DNA of 64,000 nucleotides. Origin: Tubiluchus corallicola. Its lineage: Eukaryota; Animalia; Priapulida. The DNA lies in contig JAQGDQ010000457.1 of the NCBI GenBank assembly GCA_030141605.1, positions 120,590-184,589 on the forward strand. Direction: 5' to 3'. Every line of letters starts with the position of its first letter. The first letter of the stretch is position 1. Positions 25,532-40,960 of this stretch are shown one piece after another. The notes below the pieces were generated by a model that saw nothing but the letters and a program-made list of their open reading frames with translations, was not told the origin of the DNA and ran no database searches. The position numbers and the translations under genes are program-made.

Positions 25532-27234
25532 AAATTTAGTTTCAGTTGTAGTTTATTTCTGAAAAGGTCCACGCAACATGGTCACCACAGCACAACAAAG
25601 TCAGTAAATTGCGCGCAGTAAATTAATATAAAGGAGAGCTGGGGCTATAATGCATTTTTCCGTTTTACCCAATTAGTTAGTAAAGAAGACAAAACGTCGT
25701 AATAAATTAAAATAAAACAAAGCTATGTACAAGCATAATATTAAATTTTACGATATATGGTGTGTCTTTGTGTGCTTTGGTGCCCTTAAAACGTGGCCTT
25801 CAGATGTCATGTTCGTGCAATAGTAAACTAGATAATGTTAATTCACTGCCACTCAGGTTCAGTACAATGATATGTCACTGAATGATCATTTATAATTATT
25901 AAACCAAAATGGCATGACTTAAGTCAAGCCATATGTAATCTAATGAGCCATCATCATCATCACCATAATTATCATCATCATCAATAGCATCATTTCGTGA
26001 CTTATTGTATTGTTATCCGATTAGCAAATATTATCCTATTATTATTATTAGTAATCGTATTATATCGTAGCAGTAACCGAGATCATGGCATATCATGATC
26101 ATCATGTCATAGATGAATTTTGTAAAAAAAGTTAGATGAAAAGAAATTCTGCTCTTCAATTCTTAACGGATGTATCAAATTCTTTTGACCGTGTGCCCTA
26201 CACATTGCTATTACATAAACGGAAGAGTAATGTCGTCTCTTAGCTTAATTAGTAGTTACTTGACTGACCGATCCCAGTGCCTTTGTAGTTTGCAGTAATA
26301 GCAGTAATTATGCGCAAACAAGAGAGTTGCAGTATGTAGACGTAAATAAGGATATGTGTTAGATTCTTGCCTACACACGAAATAAGCTCTGCATACCGAC
26401 GATAACACACTTACAGTAGGCTTACTAGTTATATGAAGTATAAGTTATTCGCGATTACTTTTGTTCGGCTCCCCATTCCTGTACACCTGTTTCCTTCTCA
26501 TGTTACTGTATTGCTGCACAGCTCGTGTACAACAGTCTCACAGCGTCCGCTGTGCGATTAATTGACAAAACTTGAGAACGAAGGTCGATACTCGCCAGAT
26601 TCTACCTAGCAAGTGACGTCATCATTTCAAGCCAGACCGGGTGTCCAAAAGTGGCTACAAACATGACTTTATTTAGTCTACTTATCGTGAACGCAAGGAG
26701 GACATCAAATTAAACTTGCGGCAAATTAGAGATAATTACACAATGACTGCCATAAGATGAACATTTTGTTGCTGTTGTGTTCTTGGCGGTGTTGTACTTT
26801 AGCGCTGCCCTGCGGAAGAGTTTCAGCGCACCTGATCAGAGGAAACGTTATTTCGTTGAAACCGTGAGATTTCTCGCTGCCGGTTTTCGTGTTTATCTGT
26901 AACATGTATTTTCGTTTCAACCTTATCGTTACCGAGGTGAAAGCGAGTCTACTGAATGTTTGAAACATAGCAAAATTATGTGTGGACAAAATGTCTGCAT
27001 TAAAAACTTCGAAGATTAATTAACAACTTGCAAATTTTGCTTTGAAACAATACATCAGTTGAAAATTTCAATTTGATTGCTTTGTATATGACCTCTTCGT
27101 ACTGCAATTATATGCAGCAACAGTAATAGTAGACGTTATAATTATTATGAACCGCCAAAGGTTTTGTAACATTCTTGTGTCCGTACATGCTCTAACTCTG
27201 CTACAACCCAACCAGTCGACACTAAGAGTTTAAA

Positions 27235-27288
27235 ATGGAAGGACAGTCAGCGTACTTTGGTAGAACAAGTACTCTAATAGAGATAAAG
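27235..27288 (+). CDS. Candidate first coding exon of a plus-strand gene (MEGQSAYFGRTSTLIEIK)
   Basis: aaaATGG start context, 18 codons, strong AAG|gtgagt donor (phase 0). No recognisable homology. Confidence 0.3.
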
Positions 27289-28387
27289 GTGAGTGAATTT
27301 TGAATATTATGCATTTAAATGAAAAGTTTGATAGTATAATTATAGGCTCACTATTATTCTACGTAAATGTTACACAACTACTGCTTGGGACCACTTGTTT
27401 TTTTATTTTTTGTCTGATGATTAAAAACACCCATGAAGCTATTCGCGCTTTTCCTTACCACAGTGTGATACAACAGTGTGATAAGGAAGTGGACTAGTAT
27501 AAGCAGCTACCTCATCTTCTGTTTTGTGTCGCAAAAACGCCTAGGTTTTTTTTACGATAAACTATACAGAGTGGACAGTTGATCCTTTACTTTTCGAGTA
27601 TGGACCGATTTACCACAATGGATAATTGGAAAATGTACCGTGCGACATGTTTTCACGTTGTCCTCTCTATCCGACGGACAGGCACAAATGAGAATCACTC
27701 ATGTGTAAGAAATGTTAGAGCGACAGAAATGTGTAAAGTTACGTATTTATAATTTAAGTTATAGAGTAGAGAATTAAACCGACTTCGTTTAATTGATCAA
27801 GCAAAGTGCTCGACTGTCGCGTTTTAGCTTCTTCAAATTCTATAATGCAAATTTCGATCAGTTAGAGCTAGTTTTCGGAAAGCTTTTTAAATCAAAGAAG
27901 CTTCCAAAGCTCTCTTGAAGATGATAATTTTTGCTAGATTACATGTTTAGGAATACTCAAAAAACGAATTGGATCTTACCCTTCTGACTATAATACGCCT
28001 TTTCGTAGTTTCGTTATGCACACGCAGTTGCTGTCAAAGGTTAAGTGTGCCACAGCAACACGTCTTAATTACAACCCTCACGTGGCATGTGTGTAAAGCA
28101 AAGCCGTCTGCTGCATCGGTTTAGTAACTTCAGTTGTTTTACGTGGACCTTACTTAATTATACATTAGTCTGTGCATAAAGTGATTTACTGAACTTACTC
28201 TTTACATATTCAACTTTATTTTTTGTGCCGTTTTGCATCTCCTGGTGTTAAATCTGTTATATAAGATTATCATTGTCGTATATCAATAACCCTATATTTG
28301 ATTTTTTTATTGAACATTATGATACATTTTAATGAAATGTCTTACATTCTCTTTAACACGTTTTTCCCAGACTTGTTTTTAATTGTA

Positions 28388-29648
28388 TTTATATTCTCAA
28401 AAAGTGCTGAATCACATCTTTACCAGACATTTGATTTCCTGTCTCCATCTTCCCTCTATTTCTGTCTTTATATTCTCAAAAAGTGCTGAATCACATTTTT
28501 ACCAGACATTTGATTTCCTGTCTCCATCTTCCCTCTATTTCTGTCTTTATATTCTCAAAAAGTGCTGAATCACATCTTTACCAGACATTTGATTTCCTGT
28601 CTCCATCTTCCCTCTATTTCTGTCTTTATATTCTCAAAAAGTGCTGAATCACATTTTTACCAGACATTTGATTTCCTGTCTCCATCTTCCCTCTATTTCT
28701 GTCTTTATATTCTCAAAAAGTGCTGAATCACATCTTTACCAGACATTTGATTTCCTGTCTCCATCTTCCCTCTATTTCTGTATTTATATTCTCAAAAAGT
28801 GCTGAATCACATTTTTACCAGACATTTGATTTCCTGTCTCCATCTTCCCTCTATTTCTGTATTTATATTCTCAAAAAGTGCTGAATCACATTTTTACCAG
28901 ACATTTGATTTCCTGTCTCCATCTTCCCTCTATTTCTGTATTTATATTCTCAAAAAGTGCTGAATCACATTTTTACCGGACATTTGATTTCCTCTCCCCA
29001 TCTTCCCTCTATTTCTTTCTTTATATTCTCAAAAAGTGCTGAATCACATCTTTACCAGACATTTGATTTCCTGTCTCCATCTTCCCTCTATTTCTGTCTT
29101 TATATTCTCAAAAAGTGCTGAATCACATTTTTACCAGACATTTGATTTCCTCTCTCCATCTTCCCTCTATTTCTGTCTTTATATTCTCAAAAAGTGCTGA
29201 ATCACATTTTTACCAGACATTTCATTTCCTCTCTCCATCTTCCCTCTATTTCTGTCTTTATATTCTCAAAAAGTGCTGAATCACATTTTTACCAGACATT
29301 TGATTTCCTCTCTCCATCTTCCCTCTATTTCTGTCTTTATATTCTCAAAAAGTGCTGAATCACATTTTTACCAGACATTTGATTTCCTCTCTCCATCTTC
29401 CCTCTATTTCTGTCTTTATATTCTCAAAAAGTGCTGAATCACATTTTTACCAGACATTTGATTTCCTCTCTCCATCTTCCCTCTATTTCTGTCTTTATAT
29501 TCTCAAAAAGTGCTGAATCACATTTTTACCAGACATTTGATTTCCTCTCTCCATCTTCCCTCTATTTCTGTCTTCATATTTTCAAAAAGTGCTGAATCAC
29601 ATTTTTACCGGACATTTGATTTCCTCTCCCCATCTTCCCTCTATTTCT
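28388..29648. repeat. 79-bp tandem repeat, about 16 copies
   Basis: Unit tttatattctcaaaaagtgctgaatcacatttttaccagacatttgatttcctgtctccatcttccctctatttctgtc. Confidence 0.95.
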
Positions 29649-32600
29649 TTACATCAGCTTCCTTGCATCCCTGGATTCACTCGCGTTTTCTAACATAAGC
29701 TAGGTAACTGCATAAATACTGATGGATCAGCAAACGTTTGCAGGCGGGTTTGTGTTACTGATGCTGTGAGACAGACAAACTACATGAGGATGCAGAAACA
29801 TGAGTACACAAAGACCTGATACACACAAAGGTTTATTGAAATAATCTATAATAATAACAATCCTTTCTATTTATCTTGCAACACACGCACAGTTATAATA
29901 AATTAATTTGGAAACAAAAATGTGAAGAAAGGGCAGCGAAAGACCAATTGGTCATCTAGTCAGCTGCCCTTTGGTTAGTGATGAACATTTTTTAAGCGCT
30001 ATGCTACAGTGTATTAGTGTTAGTACTGTATTAGAGTTAGCACTGCTTGTAATAAAGATTTAATTGCTACGAAAGGCATTAAATTGATATGCTTATAACG
30101 TGTTAATACAATTCATACACAGTAATAATAAGTGCATAATAAAAAAATCAAACAAGAACTGAAAATAAAAATCTGACAACGGAAACACAAGAACAATGGC
30201 AACTGAAATATACGTTATAACACAAGCATAATTCTTAGACAGTCAAAAATAAATTATCATGTAAATAATAGAACTGAGAATCAGGTTTATCTATATATTG
30301 GTGTATTGAAGTATATTAAATTGGGCGTTAATTTTCATGCACAGGCATACTGAAGTTATAATTTACGTACCAAAAAGCGTTTCATGCGGGGAAAAAACAA
30401 CCGGAATAAACAATTACATTGTAAACAATATTGTAAGTTGTGTGTTATAGTCAAGCGAATGTATAATGGAGTGATTAAAAATTACAGAGCGATTTTTGAT
30501 GATCTGAGGTAAAATAAATAGGCAGATAGTTAAAGTACAAAAAATTACCTGTATGACTGCATGAGGAGATTGAAACTTGATAAAAGTGGTCAGGCAAACA
30601 TGCTTTGCACAATTACTCTCAGCTTCCAAGAAGAACAAATTTTAAGCTTGCGGATAGTCCGAGAAATTTTATTTCGTGTATTGAAGACAGTTTCATCATT
30701 CAAAATTTTAGTTTGCAGCAAACACATTTTAATCTGAGTTATTCAAATTTCTGAAAAATGAAATGAAGAAAATCATTTGCGTATTTCATGAAGTTCGCCA
30801 AATCTTTATTGTTTATTTGTTTATTTATTTCACGTCAACACAAATACACAATTAATACATTAAAAGAAACAAAAAGTTATTAATAAATTATTGAATAAGA
30901 AACAGTAAGATACATAATAGGAAGCAAATGTTGGAAAAAATGATTCACACTGTCTTTAGACGTAGGTCAACCTATGGTAAACAAAGATAGCAATATCGCT
31001 ACTTCCTTTAATACTGGTGTCTAAACAACGTTATGTACAGCATCACTACAAATATACTAACTTGACTCTCAAAACACTGTGGGGTTGAAAGATAAACAAG
31101 ATAATTATCGCTGTTGTATGTTGCTTAGTAAATTCGTACACAGTTTACTTTGAGCACATAACTAGTTTAGATATACCATAGTTTAGGTTTGCTATATATA
31201 CAAATGTAAATGTGTTGTGGGCAATCAAAAGGCAGGGCTTGTTAGATTGTCCCACACTGGGAAAGAAAAAAAAGTAAAAAAAGTGAAAAAAAGTAATGAA
31301 AATAATCTGAAAATTTGAAGTGAATCGTATGAAAAACCATGTTGTCCCCAAATGACGCGACTGACTAATAATGGCAATCCAAAATAATGAATGTGGCAGT
31401 GAATGATTTACATAATGAAAACGACGGACATATTCTACCAACCACTACTTCAGCGACTTGTAACTCTTGTCCTTCAGTCGACCTGGTCAGACGTCAAACA
31501 GTTGGCGAAGGGGCATATGAAAGGTAACTGGACACAAGGCACATTATTCTGGGGCAGAAGTAAAGTGTTGCGCAGTCATATGTATAATTACATACACAAT
31601 ATCTGTTCGGAGAAAATACAGTCTAATATATGTACATATTGTTAGGAAGGCAGATTTTGACCAACCCCCTAATGTTAGTAATGGGTATGGTTGAGAAGCC
31701 CAGTAATGCAAATGTACCTGTATATAAAAAAGAATGCACGCCGTAATTTCACGATTCCAACCTGGCCTTTTTGTCTGTAAAGGTGAATGCTGTAGGTTTG
31801 CTTATTTTTATACGATACTCTGTTCACATGTCATGGAGCTACTGGTTGGGCATTAAAGTTTATTTTACATTCGTATTCTTTTTACTTTTCTCGTTTGCTG
31901 TAAAGTATTTTATAACTTGTATGCTGCTCTATACATCATGAGACAGATCCGCAATGGAACCCGGATCCGTTACACTGGTGTCAGAAGCGGGATACATTCT
32001 GAGACGGATCGGCGCTGGAACCCGGTTCTGTTACACTACATATATATAGTAATATATAATATATATAGTGATACATATATATATATATTAGACAGTATTA
32101 ACATCATTTATTTTCAAACACATTTGCACAGTTAAGTTACATAAGTGGGCCTATTAAAAGAAATTAGTGGACTAGTAGTAAGAGTAAAAATAAATATTAA
32201 ACACTGACAACAACAAAATAGAACAAGAACTGATATTATTTATATACAAGAGAACAAAGCAATTAATTAATTTAAATACACACATATACATATATACATA
32301 TATACACACACACATATACACATATATACACACACATATATATATATACACACATATATATATATATATATATATGCTTCCCGGATTAAATGAAGCTAAT
32401 CAATCCCTGAAGTGTAAAAGCCCTAATGGTTTGCTGATACTCGTGATAATTATCCTGTTACCTGTCAATGTTACCTGTCTCGCGCGTGACAAGTGTTGAT
32501 TAATTTCTGCGAAGGGTCGCTTGGTTCTGCACACCTAATATGATCCTTTTAGACTGTATACATACTAATAGTTTTATGACGTTGCGTTCAGTCACGATGT

Positions 32601-34414
32601 TTCCTGCTTACATCTCGTCTGCGAATACTATAATTATTCTGCAGGTCTACTCTACAAAGACACACAATAACAAAAAGGGGTTTTACAATAAACAATAAAT
32701 TGCGTGTTGATACAAAAAGCTTTTTCACAGTTCCAGCGATTGATGATGATGGTGAAAATGTCAAAAGTTAAGTGTACTAAACAACGTATTTGTGTACACT
32801 TCATAACGCCTCTCAGCCTGTTGTGAAAGTAATAAAGAAAGGGGACGAATGCTAGCTAGAGAACCTTACCTAGTTCATTTTTTCGTGTTCTCAAACAAGA
32901 TCCTGCTAGTAAATCACTCTGCGCACAGACTAATACATAGTTAAATAAAGTCTTTGTAAAATAACTGAAGTCACTGAACTGATGCAACAGACGGCTTTGC
33001 TTCATGTCACGCGACAGTTGTAAAACGCGTTTCTGTGGTACACTTAACCTTTGACCTACAGCAATCGCGCGTGCGCACAACGAAACTGTTAGAAAGCTTA
33101 TTAGCGGTTCACTTTCCTCTAACTATAAAAAGAAACGCTCTGATTAATAAGGTATTTGCTGAACAATTGCATGTCGTATTGCTGAACCAGCTTTTTTAAA
33201 TTAATCATATTATGTACGCAAACGACCTTGCATTGTTTGCTCCATTGATTGCAGTACTTCAGGACATGCTGTAATTTTCTTTGCTAAAAGCAAAAATGAG
33301 TTTCCTGCCATGTTGTTTGAAAAATGTTTCACGGGGCAGTCTACCTAAATGTTTTCTCATTTATGAATAAGAAAACTTATTTATACGACATTTTGCGTAC
33401 TAATATAAATGACAACAATACAACAACAACAATACAAAAACAACAATACAGAGTTAGATTCGTTTATTGTACTCGACATTGAACAGTGAACATGTTGGTT
33501 ATAATTTTTTTTATTATTAATTCTTTATTTGCCATTAAAATGGCTCACTCATTATAATAAAATTGAGTAAGCCTCAGCGTAATGTTAAAATAACAACACT
33601 GTTCAAGACAAATGCGTCCAGTGCAGACTAAAAAAACTAAAGTGCAAAACTAAGGTCTAATTATATACAATAAATGAACATATTTACAAACAGCATATTA
33701 AAATATTTTTACAAAACAATATTACAAAAGTACATTAAATTTTCATGAAATATTTTACACTATATATATACATTTGACATGACACAATTAACAGAAACAT
33801 GCTTTACATTACATAAATTTCACTCATTACATTTACACTATTTATACATTTGACATTACAAAACTAACATAACACGTATTACATTACATAATTTTTTAAA
33901 AGTTTAATAGATGAAAGTTGAGTCTGTAGAATTAGTATCAGATGCATAATCTGGAAGTTGGTGAAAAAATCAGTGGTGTTATGAAGTGCATTTTGCAACA
34001 TTTTTGCTTGAAATAAACAAACAAACATTGGCGATGAAAACGTAACCGCTTTAACGAAGATAAACTTTTCGCAGTGTTATCTAAACTCTTGTTTCAGAGG
34101 GCTTAGCGTTAAAATGGCTGCTCCTAACGGCCATTTATTATTATTATTCTTTCGTTTTATTAAATTTACAAGTTTGATACAGCATTACTGTTAACGCAAG
34201 CCCTGTATGCAATAAGACAGCGTGTAAGTGGTAAGACGAATTTCAAAACGAATTTTCAGCATTATTTATGAAGATTGTTTTCTTGCGCTTTACTGTTTAC
34301 ACAGAAATATTTTAGTTTTTAGAGTTGCCATGTATACACAGCGCGAGCGTGTAAATATGCATGTAAGACATTATAATACGTATTTTATTTGGTTTTCATG
34401 CAAAAACAAAAGAA

Positions 34415-34838
<424 letters not shown>

Positions 34839-35094
34839 TAAATTCTTTATTGCTGTAAAAATTACAAATCATTGCATGGTAAAGTACGTTCAAAATTAAC
34901 TGCGTAATCAGTGTTTCCACTGCTGTGAGCGATGATGTTGTACATTAAAATTTATTTGTAATTAAAAACGCAAATGAGGCTGAAATTAATTACCTCAGTA
35001 CACGAAACTTTATATTTCATTTCACAGAGTTCAGAGTATTTAGCACATTTACAATGTTTACAAAAATGTTTTTTTGTAAAATACTTCTCTTTCA

Positions 35095-35423
35095 AGCTTT
35101 TCCCTATTCGGGGTCGCCTTGTGAATGAGTCTTCTCCACGCATTCCTGTTGTTGACCATCTCTTCATTTATGTCTTCAATTCCCATAAGATCTTCACCGA
35201 CTCTTCTTTTCAGGTGTCCATATCATCGCAATCTTGCGAGGCTTCCACTACTTTTACTGTTCCTCTGATATTATTATTTCTAATTTTATCTCTTCATGTT
35301 ATTCCCACCATCCATCTCAGCATCCTCATCTCCACCACGCCCATTTTCTTCTCTTCGGTCTTCTTTAGAGAAGCGGCTTCCAGCCATATAGATTAGAGCG
35401 GGTCTGACCACTTCTTTGTGGAC
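35095..35423 (-). mobile_element. 5'-truncated copy of the short RTE-derived element
   Basis: Nearly identical to about 2026-2353. Confidence 0.75.
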
Positions 35424-35789
35424 TGATATGAGATTGAAATTGAAATTGAAAGTATAAGATATGAAATTGAACTTAGGTGCTCGATTGGCGTTTTGCATTT
35501 GTGATTTGAGTTTTGTGTGTCTGGTGGGTTTTAATTTGTTGCTGTGATGTAATCTGATCTGATCTGATCTAATCTGATCTGATCTGATCTGATCTGCCAC
35601 TAACTACAGGCTATTGGGTGAACGTTGGTAATACGTGTTGTTTGATGCTTTCATATTAATTTTCAAGGCTAGTACAGTATTTTTTAATTCGTTTTTTAAT
35701 TTTTTAGAGTAGCTACAGTTTTTTCATTAAATGGGTATATATTCCGTGTATTTATTACCGTTTTGCAAACAGAATTGTGTCCATATTTA

Positions 35790-36477
35790 TTATCTGTGTT
35801 CATTTGTTTTATGTTGTGCGTTCATTGGTTTAACGTTTTTTTCCATTGTGAATGGAAGCTGATTGGCACAAAAAGCTGGCATTAAATCATTTAAATATTT
35901 ATTAAGAAAAATTAGTGAATGGTATTGGAAATTCGATTCTGCAGTGGGTATTATTAGTTTTTCTCTGTTCGTTGTGGCTGAATAGTTTCCTCTTGTTGTG
36001 TAACCAAGGACGTGTTGTATAGAGTAACTTTGGTCTGTTTCTAGTCTGTTTAGAGACGTTTGACTGCTAGAAAATTTGAAAGTCGGTGAAAGAAGGTCAT
36101 ACATTGAGTTGGACAACACCATGGTTTTGTATATTAGTAATTTTGTTTTTGTATTGAGTTGTCCTTTAATTTGTTTTCAGAAATTTGTACCTCGGCCCAT
36201 TTTTTAAATAACAGGTTTTTTTGTTTTCCCAGGTAAGATTTTTGTTTATATTCATGCCGAGAAATTAAGTTGTAGTTGATTGAGAAATTGCTTTTTTTTT
36301 CAAAATATTTAAAGTTTTCATTTGTATTGAAAAATATATCGCGGTATCTCTTGGCGTTAAAGGCAGGGCCTATTTCAAGGGGGGGGGGGGGCTGGGGATA
36401 CTTCCCCGGGGCCTCACCCTCCCGGGGGCCGCGCGCCAAGGTAACATTTTTTTTGCTTTATGGAAACATACTGCCTC

Positions 36478-36567
<90 letters not shown>

Positions 36568-37030
36568 TGCCGCACGAGTGCTGTTTGCCAGTATTAACAA
36601 GTATTCAGGACTGGTCTTGAGAATAAAGCAGTTTTTCTTTCAATTGTTCTTTCCTTTAACAACTGTATAACTTGATATTTTATCTTCGAAAATGCTTCTC
36701 TGGCGTTCTAGCAGTTCAAAAATTTTCTGGGCACCAACCATGGTAGTGCCCGCCCCCTCACCCCTTTCCCCCCGATGAGGCCTCACACGCCCAACTTCCC
36801 CGGGCCTCGCGTAGGCTGAAATAGGCCCTGGTTAAAAGCATGAAGATTTTTTCTCGGTTCATTTTAAGTTGATGATAGTCGAGAATATTTCCTTTCTGGT
36901 CTACTGCACTAAGGAGATTAATGCTGTTGGTTGTAATATTAGTATCATCGGCATATTGTACGATTTGGCAGTTACTTATTAAGTTTAAAATGTCGTTAAA
37001 CAGCAGTGGGCCTAGAATTGTGCCTTGCAT
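35790..37030 (-). mobile_element. Decayed LINE (CR1/L2-like) RT fragment, interrupted by a MITE
   Basis: QGTILGPLLF..ND...QYADDTNI reverse-transcriptase motifs at about 36940-37030. Distal boundary is approximate. Confidence 0.65.
36364..36830. mobile_element. hAT MITE with internal (CT)n
   Basis: TIR cagggcctatttca / tgaaataggccctg; 8-bp TSD gttaaagg/gttaaaag; sister copy at 49469-49738. Confidence 0.88.
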
Positions 37031-37497
37031 AATCAAATCCACATCTAACGTAAACTAATTAGACGTCTCACACAATTTTCATCTTCATGTACCATTGAAA
37101 TGTAAACGTAAACAGCGCTTCAATATCGATATTTAACGTCACCGAATTGCATTTATATAATTCCGAAGGGAAATGAGCTTCATGGTAGATTAAAGCTGTA
37201 ACTGAATTATGGGTAATTTACAAGAGTGAACGCAATGCGAATGTACCATGCCTACGGACAGAATTCCCAATTTACTCTGGATAAACAGACAGACTATCAA
37301 ATTATCTGAGGCGCACATATTGATTGTTGAAGTCTAATATAAGCTGTATAATTATTTAGTTTGTAATAACAACCACTGGCAAGCCAATTGTTTAAATGAG
37401 ATTCGTGGTTTCCAATTCGCCCGGCGCCTTGTTCTCCTGCCCTACTTAGTTCGACAACGGCGAACGTGACGCCAAATTTCAACTCAAACAGATCATA

Positions 37498-40400
37498 GTT
37501 AACATGCACGGCAGGACGTCTAAGGATGTACAATGCTTGACTTTAGTTGGTTAACATGCACGGCAGGACGTCTAAGGATGTACAATGCTTGACTTCAGTT
37601 GGTTAACATGTACGGCAGGACGTCTAAGGATGTACAATGCTTGGCTTCAGGTTAACATGCACGGCAGGAAGTCTAAGGATGTACAATGCTTGACTTCAGT
37701 TGCTTAACATGTACGGCAGGACGTCTAAGGATGTACAATGCTTGACTTCAGTTGCTTAACATGCACGACAGGACGTCTAAGGATGTACAATGCTTGACTT
37801 CAGTTGGTTAACATGCACGGCAGGAAGTCTAAGGATGTACAATGCTCGACTTCAGTTGGTTAACATGCACGGCAGGACGTCTAAGGATGTACAATGCTTG
37901 GCTTCAGGTTAACATGCACGGCAGGAAGTCTAAGGATGTACAATGCTTGACTTCAGTTGCTTAACATGTACGGCAGGACGTCTAAGGATGTACAATGCTT
38001 GACTTCAGTTGCTTAACATGTACGGCAGGACGTCTAAGGATGTACAATGCCTGACTTCAGTTGGTTAACATGCACGGCAGGACGTCTAAGGATGTACAAT
38101 GCTTGGCTTCAGGTTAACATGCACGGCAGGACGTCTAAGGATGTACAATGCTTGACTTCAGTTGGTAAACATGCACGGCAGGACGTCTAAGGATGTAGAA
38201 TGCTTGGCTTCAGGTTAACATGCACGGCAGGACGTCTAAGGATGCACAATGCTTGACTTCAGGCTAACATGCACGGCAGGACGTCTGAGGTTGTACAATG
38301 CTTGGCTTCAGGTTAACATGCACGGCAGGACGTCTAAGGATGTACAATGCTTGACTTCAGTTGGTAAACATGCACGGCAGGACGTCTAAGGATGTAGAAT
38401 GCTTGGCTTCAGGTTAACATGCACGGCAGGACGTCTAAGGATGCACAATGCTTGACTTCAATCATGGTTAACATGCACGGCAGGAAGTCTAAGGATGTAC
38501 AATGCTTGACTTCAGTTGGTTAACATGCATGGCAGGAAGTCTAAGGATGTACAATGCTTGGCTTCAGGTTAACATTCACGGCAGGGCGTCTAAGGATGTA
38601 CAATGCTTGACTTCAGTTGGTTAACATGCACGGCAGGACGTCTAAGGTTGTACAATGCTTGGCTTCAGGTTAACATGCACGGCAGGACGTCTAAGGATGT
38701 ATAATGCTTGGCTTCAGGCTAACATGCACGGCAGGACGTCTGAGGTTGTACATTGCTTGGCTTCAATCATGGTTAACATGCACGGCAGGACGTCTAAGGA
38801 TGTACAATGCTTGACTTCAGTTGCTTAACGTGTACGGCAGGATGTCTAAGGATGTACAATGCTTGGCTTCAGTTGGTTAACATGCACGGCAGGACGTCTA
38901 AGGATGTACAATGCTTGACTTCAGTTGCTTAACATGTACGGCAGGACGTCTAAGGATGTACAATGCTTGGCTTCTGGTTAACATGCACGGCAGGACGTCT
39001 AAGGATGTACAATGCTTGACTTCAGTTGGTAAACATGCACGGCAGGATGTCTAAGGATGTAGAATGCTTGGCTTCAGGTTAACATGCACGGCAGGACGTC
39101 TAAGGATGCACAATGCTTGACTTCAATCATGGTTAACATGCACGGCAGGAAGTCTAAGGATGTACAATGCTTGACTTCAGTTGGTTAACATGCATGGCAG
39201 GAAGTCTAAGGATGTACAATGCTTGGCTTCAGGTTAACATTCACGGCAGGGCGTCTAAGGATGTACAATGCTTGACTTCAGTTGGTTAACATGCACGGCA
39301 GGACGTCTAAGGATGTATAATGCTTGGCTTCAGGCTAACATGCACGGCAGGACGTCTGAGGTTGTACATTGCTTGGCTTCAATCATGGTTAACATGCACG
39401 GCAGGACGTCTAAGGATGTACAATGCTTGGCTTCAGGTTAACATTCACGGCAGGGCGTCTAAGGATGTACAATGCTTGACTTCAGTTGGTTAACATGCAC
39501 GGCAGGACGTCTAAGGTTGTACAATGCTTGGTTTCAGGTTAACATGCACGGCAGGACGTCTAAGGATGTATAATGCTTGGCTTCAGGCTAACATGCACGG
39601 CAGGACGTCTAAGGTTGTACATTGCTTGGCTTCAGGTTAACATTCACGGCAGGGCGTCTAAGGATGTACAATGCTTGACTTCAGTTGGTTAACATGCACG
39701 GCAGGACGTCTAAGGTTGTACAATGCTTGACTTCAGTTGGTTAACATGCACGGCAGGACGTCTAAGGATGTACAATGCTCGACTTCAGTTGGTTAACATG
39801 CACGGCAGGACGTCTAAGGATGTACAATGCTCGACTTCAGTTGGTTAACATGTACGGCAGGACGTCTAAGGATGTACAATGCTGGACTTCAGTTGGTTAA
39901 CATGCACGGCAGGACGTCTAAGGATGTACAATGCTTGGCTTCAGTTGCTTAACATGTACGGCAGGACGTCTAAGGATGTACAATGCTTGGCTTCAGGTTA
40001 ACATGCACGGCAGGAAGTCTAAGGATGTACAATGCTTGGCTTCGGGTTAACATGCACGGCAGGACGTCTAAGGATGTACAATGCTTGGCTTCAGGTTAAC
40101 ATGCACGGCAGGACGTCTAAGGGTGTACAATGCTTGACTTCAGTTGCTTAACATGCATGGCAGGAAGTCTAAGGATGTACAATGCTTGGCTTCAGGTTAA
40201 CATTCACGGCAGGGCGTCTAAGGACGTACAATGCTTGACTTCAGTTGGTTAACATGCACGGCAGGACGTCTAAGGTTGTACAATGCTTGACTTCAGTTGG
40301 TTAACATGCACGGCAGGACGTCTAAGGTTGTACAATGCTTGACTTCAGGTTAACATGTACGGCAGGACGTCTAAGGATGTACAATGCTCGACTTCAGTTG

Positions 40401-40960
40401 GTTAACATGTACGGCAGGACGTCTAAGGATGTACAATGCTGGACTTCAGTTGGTTAACATGCACGGCAGGACGTCTAAGGATGTACAATGCTTGGCTTCA
40501 GTTGCTTAACATGTACGGCAGGACGTCTAAGGATGTACAATGCTTGGCTTCAGGTTAACATGCACGGCAGGAAGTCTAAGGATGTACAATGCTTGGCTTC
40601 GGGTTAACATGCACGGCAGGACGTCTAAGGATGTACAATGCTTGGCTTCAGGTTAACATGCACGGCAGGACGTCTAAGGGTGTACAATGCTTGACTTCAG
40701 TTGCTTAACATGCATGGCAGGAAGTCTAAGGATGTACAATGCTTGGCTTCAGGTTAACATTCACGGCAGGGCGTCTAAGGACGTACAATGCTTGACTTCA
40801 GTTGGTTAACATGCACGGCAGGACGTCTAAGGTTGTACAATGCTTGACTTCAGTTGGTTAACATGCACGGCAGGACGTCTAAGGATGTACAATGCTTGAC
40901 TTCAATCATGGTTAACATGCACGGCAGGACGTCTAAGGATGTATAATGCTTGGCTTCAGT
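37498..40960. repeat. 3.5-kb minisatellite of 49/52/54-bp unit variants
   Basis: Core gttaacatgcacggcaggacgtctaaggatgtacaatgcttgacttca plus g, gttg or atcatg. Confidence 0.97.

Noticed and set aside
37498-40960. Tandem arrays (also 16598, 28388, 47265, 56230) as CRISPR arrays
   Set aside because: Head-to-tail units with no unique spacers, no cas genes, and a eukaryotic context.
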